A stretch of 28,721 nucleotides of DNA from a virus (Duplodnaviria; Caudoviricetes): positions 1 to 28,721 of IMG/VR virus record IMGVR_UViG_3300016654_000294, one strand, 5' to 3'. Position 1 is the stretch's first letter. Each line of letters opens with the position of its first letter. Below, piece after piece: positions 9,263 through 18,521 of the stretch. Under the pieces are notes generated by a model that was given only the letters and a program-made list of their open reading frames with translations, did not search any database and was not told the DNA's origin. Position numbers and translations under genes: made by a program.

Positions 9263-9301
9263 ACAGGTGGGGTGGTTGACGTTGCTATGTTAATTATTGT
9301 T

Positions 9302-9679
9302 TCAGTTGACTCTAGTCACTACGTAATCGTAAGGGGTGTCATTGTGGTGGCGGTGTAGAATTAGCGTCTGCCCTGATTTTAAGGGGAGGACTTGTAGCTG
9401 ATTAAATGGGTCTTTAGGGTTAAATGCGCGTACAAAATCAGGGTTAAGTGTCGCAGTATTATTGTCTTTGAACTTTAAGTGTAGTCGGCGAGGGTCGCTG
9501 TCAAGTTCAATGGTAAATTCTGATGTTTGTAATGAGTAGCCATCGTAAATGTAACCGAACCCACCTGCAAAATCTGATAGGAGTTGCGGCTTGGTTGCAC
9601 GGTTTATTTCGAGGGTTAGGTTAGTTTCTGTGTCGAGACCACGCGTGCCTTCAAGCACGGTGTGTAATGAGAAAACCAT
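9302..9679 (-). CDS. Orphan moron protein, 125 aa
   Basis: AT-rich and antisense to the late genes; AGGA RBS; candidate promoter TAGACA-N17-TAGCGT (9756-9728). Confidence 0.7.
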   Translation of the reverse strand: MVFSLHTVLEGTRGLDTETNLTLEINRATKPQLLSDFAGGFGYIYDGYSLQTSEFTIELDSDPRRLHLKFKDNNTATLNPDFVRAFNPKDPFNQLQVLPLKSGQTLILHRHHNDTPYDYVVTRVN

Positions 9680-9821
9680 AATGCATTCCTAAGTTTTGCT
9701 TGGTAAATTGGATTTTGTTTTCTCGTAACGCTACTACTTTGTCTTTGCTCTGTCTAGTGGTCGTTCTTCGGTTTGAGTGGCGGCATTAGAGGAGCTTTTA
9801 TCTCTGATGCTGGAGTATTCG

Positions 9822-10151
9822 ATGTCTAATAAAGATTCTTCAATATGGACTGCGGTGCTAGCTTGGTTTCTTCAGTACTCACCGGTAGTTTTCGCTACCG
9901 GTCTTTCGGTGTTGATTTCAGCGCTTAGAATCATATATCGCGGCGGTACGAAAAAAGCGATGTTTCTAGAGTCTGTTTTATGTGGGTGTATTACGCTAGC
10001 GATGCTATCTGGTCTGAGCCTCTTTGGTTTACCACAAGCAGCTGCTGCATTTGTCGGAGGGATGATCGGGTTACTAGGGGTCGACAAGATCCGCAATCTT
10101 GCTGAACGTTTCGCCGATGCCAATCTCTCCCAACGGGACGGTGACGGATGA
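9822..10151 (+). CDS. Phage holin, lambda family
   Basis: Three hydrophobic segments, GGMIGLLGVDKIR, charged C-terminal tail; GGAG before ATG 9822. Confidence 0.85.
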   Translation: MSNKDSSIWTAVLAWFLQYSPVVFATGLSVLISALRIIYRGGTKKAMFLESVLCGCITLAMLSGLSLFGLPQAAAAFVGGMIGLLGVDKIRNLAERFADANLSQRDGDG

Positions 10152-10462
10152 ACTCACCTGCACAACATGGCTATAGCTACCGTTGGCAATTGGCTCGACT
10201 CGGTTGGTTACGACATCACCCTTTATGCATTGAATGCGAGAAATATGGTCGAATTACATCTGCTTCAGTCGTCGACCACATCCATCCCCACCACGGCGAC
10301 ACCCACCTCTTCTGGGACCACTCCAACTGGCAATCCCTCTGCAAACACTGCCACGACGCCCACAAACAACGCTTCGAAAAATCCGGTGTAGTCCTCGGCT
10401 GCACAACCGACGGTCATCCCATCGACCCCAACCACCCATGGAACCAGGGGAGGGTGGGGTGA
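10148..10462 (+). CDS. HNH endonuclease (terminase-associated, HK97 gp74-like)
   Basis: PLCIEC...VVDHIHPH.GD..LFWD.SNWQSLCKHCH. Confidence 0.92.
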   Translation: MNSPAQHGYSYRWQLARLGWLRHHPLCIECEKYGRITSASVVDHIHPHHGDTHLFWDHSNWQSLCKHCHDAHKQRFEKSGVVLGCTTDGHPIDPNHPWNQGRVG

Positions 10463-10545
10463 AAGTTGCGCAGCCTCCAGCTTCAAGACCCCGCCCCCCG
10501 GTTTTTATGCAGCGGCGGGAAAAATGAGGGGTGCCCCTTTCACGC
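10450..10545. other. Probable cos/packaging region
   Basis: HNH-terS intergenic position with G-run and C-run sequence typical of HK97-like cos regions; the cut site cannot be determined. Confidence 0.5.
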
Positions 10546-10579
10546 ACTAGGCGCTCCCTGGTGAAATCTGAGGTGAACA

Positions 10580-11101
10580 ATGGCTGGTAATCAAAACTCT
10601 GGACGCCCAACCAAGCCCGCCATCGTCCACCTGCTAAACGGCAACCCCAGCAAGCGCAACCGCGAAGAACTGCTGCGCGAACAGGCCAAGCCACTGGCGC
10701 CAGTAGAAGCCCCAGCGAAACCCGATTGGCTCTGCGAGGAGGCCTGCTCCGAATGGGAGCGCATCGTGCCCGACCTGGAGTCCCTGGGCCTGATCTCCCG
10801 CCTGGACCGCCAAGCCATGGCTCACTACTGCGAAGCCGTCGCCGAGTACCGCTTCTGGACCCTGAAAATCCGCGAGCTGAGCCAGGGCCAATCCCTACGC
10901 GGCGACGTGCAAACCTACCGCAGCGGCGCCCAGGATCTGTCGGTGTGGCGCAAGCTGCGCAACGACGCCGAGCGCCGTGCGAATGAGGCAGGCGCCAGGT
11001 TCGGCCTGTCGCCCTTGGCCCGCCGTTCCCTGAAAGCACCAACGCCTCAAGGCGAGCTATTCCCCAATGAGCAAAAGCGCATCGCGGACAGGTATTTCTG
11101 A
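10580..11101 (+). CDS. terS: Terminase small subunit (P27 family)
   Basis: GRPTKP...GNPSKR...PDWL...FGLSPLAR; GAGGTG RBS. Confidence 0.92.
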   Translation: MAGNQNSGRPTKPAIVHLLNGNPSKRNREELLREQAKPLAPVEAPAKPDWLCEEACSEWERIVPDLESLGLISRLDRQAMAHYCEAVAEYRFWTLKIRELSQGQSLRGDVQTYRSGAQDLSVWRKLRNDAERRANEAGARFGLSPLARRSLKAPTPQGELFPNEQKRIADRYF

Positions 11102-12827
11102 TCGCGTCAGCGCCTTTGCCCTGGAGGTTATCCAGGGTCGTATCGTCGCCGGACCGGATGTTCGTCACTCGTGCCAGCGCCACCTGAACGACCTGGAAAA
11201 CGGTGTCCAACGAGGTCTACGCTGGGATCAGGACGCAGCCAACCGCGCCATCGGCTACTTCGAAGACGTCCTCTGCCTGAACGGTGGCGAGTACGAAGGC
11301 CTGCCATTTTTGCTCCTGCCCTGGCAGTCCTTCATCGTCGGCAGCCTGTTTGGCTGGAAGGGCTCGGACGGTTTCCGCCGCTTCCGCACCGCCTACATCG
11401 AAACCGCCAAAGGCTCAGGCAAGTCACCGCTGGCCGCTGGCATCGGTCTGTACGGAATGACATCGGACGCCGAAGCCCGCGCTGAGATCTACGCAGCCGC
11501 GACAAAAAAAGACCAGGCGATGATCCTGTTCCGCGACGCGGTCTCGATGGTCGATCAATCTGCTTTGCTGGCCGAACGTTTGGAAAAATCCGGTCGCGGC
11601 GAAAAGGTCTGGAACCTGGCCCACTTCGCCTCAGGCAGCTTCTTCCGCCCAATCAGCGCTGACGACGGCCAATCCGGCCCGCGCCCACACATCGCGCTGC
11701 TCGACGAGATCCACGAACACAAAACCCGTGTCGTGGTGGACATGATCCGCGCCGGCACCAAGAGCCGTCGCCAAGCACTGATCGTGATGATCACCAACAG
11801 CGGCCATGACCGCACTTCGGTCTGCTACGAGTACCACGAGTACGGCCGAGCGATCTGCTCCGGCCAGCAACACGACGACAGTTTCTTCGCCTTCATCTGC
11901 TCCCTGGACGAAGGCGAAGACCCGTTCAAAAGCGAGGCCTGCTGGTACAAGTCCAACCCGAGCCTGGCGTTTGGCCGACCCGGTGATGCCAACGGTGGCC
12001 TGCCGGGCTTGAAGTACCTGCGCGAACAAGTTACCGAAGCGCGGGGTATGCCGGCCAAGGAATCGAGCGTTCGACGGCTGAATTTCTGTCAGTGGGTGGA
12101 TGCTGAAAACCCTTGGCTCTCCGCTGATGTCTGGCTGGCTTGCGAAGCCGATTTCACCCTTGAAGACATCCCCCAGAACGAGCCCTGCTATGGCGGTCTG
12201 GACTTGTCCGGTACCCGCGACCTCACTGCTCTAGCGTTTTACTTTCCGCGATTGCGTAAGGCCCTGGTTGAGTTCTGGACCCCAAAAGATACTCTGAACG
12301 AACGCGCCCGCACCGACCGCGTGCCCTATGACGTCTGGCTACGCGAAGGCTACTTGTACGCACCACCCGGCAGCGCAGTGGACTACGGCGCAGTAGCCAC
12401 ACGTCTCGGCGAACTGGCCGCATGGTTCAACATCGTCGGTGTGGCATTTGATGCCTACCGCATCAAGTACTTCCTGCCGGAACTGGAAGCACAGGGCATC
12501 GACGTCCCGCTGTTCGCCCATGGTCAGGGCTACACCGTCGCCAAGGACTCCGGCCTCTGGATGCCGCGCTCCATCGAGCTGACGGAAACCCTGCTCACCG
12601 AGCAACGCATCCAGATCAAAACCAACCCGGTATTACGCTGGAACGCCGCCAGCGCCGTGCTCGACGCTGATCAGAAGGACAATCGCATCTTCGCTAAACG
12701 TAAAAGCACTGGCCGCATTGACGGTGTTGTAGCGCTGGCTATGAGTATCGGTGCCTCCGAGCTGCAACTGGCAGAGGCAGGTGACCGTGACGGTTTCTTC
12801 AACAACCCGATCATGGTGGGTGTCTGA
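11067..12827 (+). CDS. terL: Terminase large subunit
   Basis: Walker A AKGSGKS, Walker B LLDEIHE, nuclease motifs GLDLS and RIDGVVA. Confidence 0.96.
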   Translation: MSKSASRTGISDRVSAFALEVIQGRIVAGPDVRHSCQRHLNDLENGVQRGLRWDQDAANRAIGYFEDVLCLNGGEYEGLPFLLLPWQSFIVGSLFGWKGSDGFRRFRTAYIETAKGSGKSPLAAGIGLYGMTSDAEARAEIYAAATKKDQAMILFRDAVSMVDQSALLAERLEKSGRGEKVWNLAHFASGSFFRPISADDGQSGPRPHIALLDEIHEHKTRVVVDMIRAGTKSRRQALIVMITNSGHDRTSVCYEYHEYGRAICSGQQHDDSFFAFICSLDEGEDPFKSEACWYKSNPSLAFGRPGDANGGLPGLKYLREQVTEARGMPAKESSVRRLNFCQWVDAENPWLSADVWLACEADFTLEDIPQNEPCYGGLDLSGTRDLTALAFYFPRLRKALVEFWTPKDTLNERARTDRVPYDVWLREGYLYAPPGSAVDYGAVATRLGELAAWFNIVGVAFDAYRIKYFLPELEAQGIDVPLFAHGQGYTVAKDSGLWMPRSIELTETLLTEQRIQIKTNPVLRWNAASAVLDADQKDNRIFAKRKSTGRIDGVVALAMSIGASELQLAEAGDRDGFFNNPIMVGV

Positions 12828-12908
12828 CTGTAAAATTTTTTAATGATTTCGGTTTGGCCTTTCTGAAGACGGGGGAGTATCAGAACACGGCAAACAGATG
12901 AAACGCAC

Positions 12909-12937
12909 TTGTATGAGTCCCATGTTGGGACTAGGAT
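12909..12937 (+). promoter_or_regulatory. higBA promoter with operator palindrome
   Basis: TTGTAT-N17-TAGGAT, with AGTCCCA-TGT-TGGGACT (12916-12932) in the spacer. Confidence 0.75.
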
Positions 12938-12943
12938 TATTCC

Positions 12944-13246
12944 ATGAGAATCATCGCGATCAGCCAGCTCAAGACGTTTTGGCAGAAATACCCGGATTCA
13001 GAGCAATCCCTGCTTGCCTGGATTGACGAGGTCAAGAAAGCGAACTGGCAGACGCCCGCAGATATCAAGGGCCAATTTCGCCACGCGAGCGTTCTCAAGA
13101 GCCGCCGGGTCGTGTTCAACATCAAAGGCAACGACTACCGGCTAGTGGTTGCTGTGGCTTATCGCTACGGCGCTCTCTATATCAAATTTGTCGGCACGCA
13201 TAAGCAGTACGACGCCGTTGACGCCGATACTGTTGAAATGGAGTAA
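12944..13246 (+). CDS. higB: HigB-family toxin (RelE superfamily)
   Basis: MRIIA...W.TPADIK.QF..AS...RVVFNIKGNDYRLV...FVGTHKQYD. Confidence 0.93.
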   Translation: MRIIAISQLKTFWQKYPDSEQSLLAWIDEVKKANWQTPADIKGQFRHASVLKSRRVVFNIKGNDYRLVVAVAYRYGALYIKFVGTHKQYDAVDADTVEME

Positions 13247-13249
13247 CCC

Positions 13250-13621
13250 ATGAACATTCGACCCATTCATACCGAGCAGGATTACAAAGAAGCGCTGAAG
13301 GCCGTCTCGCCGCTGTTCGATAACGAACCAGAACCAGGGACTCCTGAAGGGGATTACCTTGAGGTGATGATCACGCTGATCGAGGCTTACGAAGCGAAGC
13401 ACTTTCCGGTCGACCTGCCCAATCCGGTAGATGCCATACGTTTCAGGATGGAGCAGTCCGGTTTGTCAGCGACGGACCTTGTGCCTGCCATCGGTCGGAA
13501 GAATCGGGTTTATGAGGTGTTGAACGGGAAGCGGGCTCTCACGCTGCCGATGATTTGGAAGCTGCATGAGATGTTTGGGATTCCGGCTGAAAGTTTGATT
13601 AAGCCGGTAAAAGCTCTGTAG
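13250..13621 (+). CDS. higA: HigA-family antitoxin (HTH)
   Basis: IRPIHTEQDY...LIEAYE...PVDAIRFRMEQ...EVLNGKRALT; follows the toxin gene. Confidence 0.92.
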   Translation: MNIRPIHTEQDYKEALKAVSPLFDNEPEPGTPEGDYLEVMITLIEAYEAKHFPVDLPNPVDAIRFRMEQSGLSATDLVPAIGRKNRVYEVLNGKRALTLPMIWKLHEMFGIPAESLIKPVKAL

Positions 13622-13644
13622 CGCTGAGCTAGTTTGATTCGCTG

Positions 13645-13683
13645 AAAAGTCCGGGCTCCGCATAAGAGCGCCGGATTTTTTAT
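13645..13683 (+). terminator. Intrinsic terminator after higA
   Basis: TCCGGGCTC...GAGCGCCGGA stem followed by a T run. Confidence 0.65.
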
Positions 13684-13760
13684 GCCTGCCGTTTCTGGCT
13701 GACCGGCGTCGGCGACCGCAACGGCTTCTTCAACAACCCGATCATGGTGGGCGTCTGACC

Positions 13761-15005
13761 GTGAAACTCTGGAAACCCGGACGACTACGTGCCGCCTTGC
13801 AGCAGTGGCTCGGCGTGCCCATCGGCTTGACTGAACACGCGTTCTGGCAAGAGTGGTTCGGCACCTCCAGCAGCGGAAAAGCCGTATCGGTCGATTCCGC
13901 CATGCGCCTGTCGACAGTCTGGGCCTGCGTGCGTTTGCTCTCCGAATCGGTTTCCACCTTACCGCTGAAGCTCTACCGTCGACTACCCGATGGCTCCCGC
14001 GAACCCGCCACGGACCATCCGTTGTACCGAGTACTGTGTCGCTCACCCAACATCGAGATGACGCCGCAGCGCTTCATGCTGATGGTGGTCGCTAGCCTCT
14101 GCCTACGCGGTAACGCCTTCATCGAGAAGAAGGTCATCGGCTCGCGTTTGGTGGCGCTGGTGCCGTTGCTGCCACAATGCATGACTGTCAAACGTCTGGA
14201 CAATGGTCGGCTGCAGTATCTCTACAACGAGGCCCAAGGCCAACGCGAGATCCTGGAAAAGCACCTGGTGCACATCCGTGGCTTCGGACTGGACGGCATC
14301 TGCGGCATGCTGCCGATCACCACCGGGCGAGATATCTTCGGCGCCTCGATGTCGGCAGAAGAGGCCGCAGCCAAGGTCTTCGCCAACGGCCTGCAGGCCT
14401 CGGGTTTCCTCACCGTTGAAGGCGGCGCGGCGCAAGGTGCAGGCACCCTGACCAAAGAACAACGCGAGCTCCTGCGCAAGAGCCTGGAGGAATTCAGCAG
14501 CTCGAAAAACGCCGGTAAAACCATGGTGCTGGAAGCGGGCCTGAAGTACCAAGGCATCACCATGAACCCCGAAGCCGCGCAGATGCTGGAGACCCGCGCC
14601 TTCAATGTCGAAGAGATCTGCCGCTGGTTTCGTGTGCCGCCGTTTATGGTCGGGCATATGACCAAACAGAGCAGTTGGGCCGCGAGTGTCGAAGCACAAA
14701 ATCTGCATTTCCTTACCAACAGCCTGCGTCCGTTGTTGGTGAATATCGAGCAGGAAATCAATCGCTGCCTGATCGACGAAAACGACGCAGAACAGATCTT
14801 CGTCGAGTTCGCGGTAGAGGGTCTGCTTCGTGCTGAAAGCGCCGGTCGCGCCAGTTTCTACATCAGTGGTCTGACTCACGGCTGGATCAATCGCAACGAG
14901 GTCCGCCGCTTCGAAAACCTACCGCCGATCCCTGGCGGCGAGATATTCACAGTCCAGGCCGCGATGGTCGCTCTTGAACATCTAGAACAAAAAATATCTA
15001 TGTAG
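13761..15005 (+). CDS. Portal protein, HK97 family
   Basis: TVWACVRLLSESVSTLPL, LRGNA, EEICRWFRVPP, NEVRRFENLPPIPGG. Confidence 0.95.
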   Translation: MKLWKPGRLRAALQQWLGVPIGLTEHAFWQEWFGTSSSGKAVSVDSAMRLSTVWACVRLLSESVSTLPLKLYRRLPDGSREPATDHPLYRVLCRSPNIEMTPQRFMLMVVASLCLRGNAFIEKKVIGSRLVALVPLLPQCMTVKRLDNGRLQYLYNEAQGQREILEKHLVHIRGFGLDGICGMLPITTGRDIFGASMSAEEAAAKVFANGLQASGFLTVEGGAAQGAGTLTKEQRELLRKSLEEFSSSKNAGKTMVLEAGLKYQGITMNPEAAQMLETRAFNVEEICRWFRVPPFMVGHMTKQSSWAASVEAQNLHFLTNSLRPLLVNIEQEINRCLIDENDAEQIFVEFAVEGLLRAESAGRASFYISGLTHGWINRNEVRRFENLPPIPGGEIFTVQAAMVALEHLEQKISM

Positions 15006-15040
15006 CTCAAGAGAACTTGGATTGTTATATGAGTTTTGGT

Positions 15041-16579
15041 TTAGTCATACATTGTTAATTCATGAGAATGATGATCTTCCATTTTCATCAAATAGCTTTT
15101 TAAATCATAGTCTCTAAGTGCTGAATAGCTTAGGGCTGATGTTAATAGTCGTGTGGTAGGTTCTCTGTCCGAGATTTCGGAAGTGCCGCTGCCAGTTGGA
15201 GCAATCATGTAGGCAAATGGCTTTTTGATGTTGCGCAGGCGAACAAAGAACTCTGGCTCCTTCGCTTCTATTATTTCGCTGCCGGTGTTGTAAAATCCAT
15301 TTTGAGTTTTTTCATAAGGTATATATTGGTTATTCCAAAGTACTGCTTGATCTTTGTATTGGTCGTATCTAATATTTCGTTCTGCGATTTCTCCATTGTT
15401 ATCAACTGTTACGAATGGGTCTGAAGGTTGCAGTATCAATACGAAAAAACTTCTGTAAAGTCTATTTGGGTCTTTATAGACTATTATTTTTTTTATTTGT
15501 ATCTCGTTGTAGTGGTTTAATAGCCATTGATTTTCGTTTAGATGTTTTATAGATAGAAGGTCACCGTTGCCGCTATCTGAGGAATGGAACCAAAACTCAT
15601 CTGGTTTACACGTTGAACTAAAGTTTTCAAGAAAACGTTCTATTTCCACAGAATTTTCCGTGGTATGCAGTTCTTTTATGTCAGGGAAAGATTTTCGAAT
15701 ACATAAGTCAAGATCCCTCATGCGATCACGTTTATTTCGTATAGGGCTAGAATCGTAAGATTTTATAAATTGTTCTAATTCATCAATATTTTGAAAGCGT
15801 TCATTTGGATCGTTCTTAAGACAGTTGTCGACGATTAAATCTACAAGTTTTAATTTCTTAGGCGATTTTTCATTCGAGAAGTGCTGTCGATCTACACCCC
15901 TATGAGCGCGTCCTGTCACTAACCAGTGCATTACTTGGCCTAGTGCGAATATGTCACTTGATGAGGTTACTTTGTCCTTGTTGTTTACTTGTTCGGGAGC
16001 GCTAAATAAATAATTTGCCATGCGCTCATTTTTTTCTGTCTTTGCATCTTTGATGAAAGTTGTTTCATCAAAGTGAGCAATGCCAAGATCACCAATTACG
16101 TATTCTTCAATTGTGGCGTCATAGAAAATATTTTGCGGCTTTATATCTCGATGTGTGATGCCGTTGGTGTGCAAGTGCTTAAGGCCTTTACATAATTCTG
16201 TTAGTATTTTCCAAAGGCTCGCTGTCAACTGTTCTTCTGAGGTTTGCTCAAGCTCTTTTAAAGTGCCCGCATATGCTTTCATGATAATGATGAAGTATGA
16301 ATTACCTGCGATATCTATTTTGTCGAAGTGGTAAAGCCTTGAGATATTGTTGTGGTATGGTATTTGGGATGCGCAAAAGTATTCATCTTTGAATCGGTCG
16401 ACCTTCTTTATCTCTGATATTTCCAGGAATTTCACGGCGTACTGTTTAGTTGATTTTTCAAATAGTAATACGGAGCTGTTTCCGCCGTTTCCTAGAAGTT
16501 TCACATAGGTGAAGTCGCTTACATCAGTTTTTAATACTGGTGAAGACTTAAAGTGTTTAACCAAACTGCTAACGGACAT
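15041..16579 (-). CDS. Hanks-type Ser/Thr protein kinase with a C-terminal domain of unknown function (~512 aa)
   Basis: GNGGNS, AVK, HRDIKPQN, DLG, APE, SDIFALG; GAAGGA RBS before ATG 16579; extended -10 TGcTACCAT at 16616-16608; AT-rich. Confidence 0.92.
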   Translation of the reverse strand: MSVSSLVKHFKSSPVLKTDVSDFTYVKLLGNGGNSSVLLFEKSTKQYAVKFLEISEIKKVDRFKDEYFCASQIPYHNNISRLYHFDKIDIAGNSYFIIIMKAYAGTLKELEQTSEEQLTASLWKILTELCKGLKHLHTNGITHRDIKPQNIFYDATIEEYVIGDLGIAHFDETTFIKDAKTEKNERMANYLFSAPEQVNNKDKVTSSSDIFALGQVMHWLVTGRAHRGVDRQHFSNEKSPKKLKLVDLIVDNCLKNDPNERFQNIDELEQFIKSYDSSPIRNKRDRMRDLDLCIRKSFPDIKELHTTENSVEIERFLENFSSTCKPDEFWFHSSDSGNGDLLSIKHLNENQWLLNHYNEIQIKKIIVYKDPNRLYRSFFVLILQPSDPFVTVDNNGEIAERNIRYDQYKDQAVLWNNQYIPYEKTQNGFYNTGSEIIEAKEPEFFVRLRNIKKPFAYMIAPTGSGTSEISDREPTTRLLTSALSYSALRDYDLKSYLMKMEDHHSHELTMYD

Positions 16580-16715
16580 TTTGACAGTTCCTTCTGAATA
16601 AGCCGCCATGGTAGCACTTTGATTTTTTTGAGCTAGTCCGAGCCCCACAATTGCTGCGAATGGAACTTCAAAATTGCGTGGCCCGATGTCTTTCAACGTG
16701 ACGTTGGTTACCTAT

Positions 16716-17486
16716 ATGACGATTAAAAGTCTGCCATTCTCCCCTGCGCTGCCGCTCACCGCAGGTGCGTTGAGTGAATTGCGGCCCATGGCTGTGGAGC
16801 GTTGGAACCCCTCGATATGCGCCGCTAACGAGGATGATCAAAGTGTCTCAATCTTCGACCCTATCGGCTTCGATCCCTGGACAGGCGGGGGCGTCACCGC
16901 CAAACGCATCGCCGCAGCCTTACGCACTATCGACGGCGCCGACGTCACCGTGAATATCAACTCACCGGGCGGCGACATGTTCGAAGGTTTGGCGATCTAC
17001 AACCTCCTGCGTGAGTACTCCGGCAAGGTTGTAGTCAAGGTACTGGGACTGGCCGCATCGGCAGCGTCGATTATTGCGATGGCCGGAGACGAGGTACGCA
17101 TCGCCCGCGCCGGGTTCTTGAACATCCACAACTGCTGGGTCGTTGCCATGGGCAATCGCTATGACCTGATGGAGATGGCCGAGAGGTTGGCGCCGTTCGA
17201 CCAGGCCATGGCTGATATCTACGCCGCCCGCACCGGCGACCCCCAAGACGCGATGCAAAAACTGATGAACGCGGACAGCTGGATCGCCGGCAGCGCCGCC
17301 GTCGAGCAGGGTTTCGCCGATGGCTTGCTTGCTTCTGACGCCATCCGACAAGGTGCGCAACCTGCTGGTCTGCTGGCGCGCCGTTGCATTAGTAGACTGC
17401 GGGCACGGCAGCGGGAACCTATAGCCGAGTTAGAGCTTGCTCTAGCCCGATTGCGCGAAGCGATCCCACAGAATAAGCACTGGTAG
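16716..17486 (+). CDS. ClpP-like prohead maturation protease
   Basis: INSPGG, GLAASAAS, IHN; lies between portal and capsid. Confidence 0.92.
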   Translation: MTIKSLPFSPALPLTAGALSELRPMAVERWNPSICAANEDDQSVSIFDPIGFDPWTGGGVTAKRIAAALRTIDGADVTVNINSPGGDMFEGLAIYNLLREYSGKVVVKVLGLAASAASIIAMAGDEVRIARAGFLNIHNCWVVAMGNRYDLMEMAERLAPFDQAMADIYAARTGDPQDAMQKLMNADSWIAGSAAVEQGFADGLLASDAIRQGAQPAGLLARRCISRLRARQREPIAELELALARLREAIPQNKHW

Positions 17487-17503
17487 ATGAGTGGGCTACT
17501 CAA

Positions 17504-18337
17504 TTAGCTCAGTGTTTTATTGTGAAGGTTTCTTGCGATATCTAATCTTGTAAGTCTTATCAAAAGGCAAAATACTGCAAAGACTGCGCAAAGAATTACG
17601 AAGAGTATTAGTCCTGTCTGTATTCTTAATTCACCTTTCACGTGTTCGACATATTTAGGGTCAAGAAATAATGAGCAGATGATATCTAGCTTTTCCTCAG
17701 GCAGATTGGGTTGTATAAATTTTTCTAGCGTTGCAGAGGAACTGCATTCGGATGTTGTAAGAAGGTTGTCAGGAAATAGCTCGAACTTGATGTTACTTTC
17801 CGACAGATAGAATGAGGGCGCGTCAGGTGCGTTTTTCAGCGATACTCTAAGGTAGTTTGTAGATATAAATGGCGTGATAGATACTATTAGGGCTAGAAAA
17901 AACACCATTGAGTAAAATACTATATTCTCTGATTTTTTTGAAAATAGCTTTGTTTTAAAACGCAGATCCTCAAATTTTCCCCAATGAATGTATTTTGTTA
18001 TTCTTGCTATGTCTCTGTGAGAGAAGTTGTTTTCAGCAATCCATTTTTCTGCTAGGTCAGCTTCCTCTAACGTCCTTACAGGAATGTTGAACTCAAATCT
18101 ATAGTGCTCAGTTTCTCGGAGTTTCTTGCGGGATTTCTCGTATTGGGTGTTTTCAAACTCTATGGTTCCGCCGAAAAATCTCCACATAAGGTCTCGCAGA
18201 AATATCAAAGAGCCAGAGCGCGAGTATATGTAATAAATCAGTGCGCATATTGCTAGTCCGCTAAGTAGGCTTACAGCGGTAGCGTAGTTTTCAAATGTCC
18301 AGGTGATCAGGTTTTCATTTAGTTTTGATTGCGACAT
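17504..18337 (-). CDS. Three-TM membrane moron protein (possibly DUF6216 family)
   Basis: Three hydrophobic helices; RSGSLIFLRDLMWRFFGG signature; start at 18337 or 18397 is uncertain. Confidence 0.65.
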   Translation of the reverse strand: MSQSKLNENLITWTFENYATAVSLLSGLAICALIYYIYSRSGSLIFLRDLMWRFFGGTIEFENTQYEKSRKKLRETEHYRFEFNIPVRTLEEADLAEKWIAENNFSHRDIARITKYIHWGKFEDLRFKTKLFSKKSENIVFYSMVFFLALIVSITPFISTNYLRVSLKNAPDAPSFYLSESNIKFELFPDNLLTTSECSSSATLEKFIQPNLPEEKLDIICSLFLDPKYVEHVKGELRIQTGLILFVILCAVFAVFCLLIRLTRLDIARNLHNKTLS

Positions 18338-18521
18338 GTAGTGAGCTTCGACTCTTGATTTTTTTGGGGGATGGGTGTTGCTTGAGTAGGCTGGCATTGC
18401 ATTTTAGGTTTTGCAAGTTTTTAAGGTTTTGAATCTTCGTAGTTGACTCTCCGCAATTATTTGCGGCGTTAAATGTTGATTTTGTTTTGGCGAAGTTTCA
18501 TACGTGACAGGAGGGTAAGTT

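Larger units (their letters stand above)
12780..13759 (+). repeat. 49-bp direct repeat (terL 3' end) flanking higBA
   Basis: 12780-12828 vs 13711-13759, 44/49 identical by manual alignment; both encode GDR(D/N)GFFNNPIMVGV*. Confidence 0.93.

Noticed and set aside
9807-9824. Lambda-type holin/antiholin dual start
   Set aside because: The extension MLEYS has no basic residue and the upstream RBS spacing is poor.
18470-18510. Degenerate duplicate of the protease 3' end before the capsid gene, analogous to the terL repeat
   Set aside because: Only a vague peptide resemblance (VDFVLAKF vs LELALARL), with no convincing nucleotide match.
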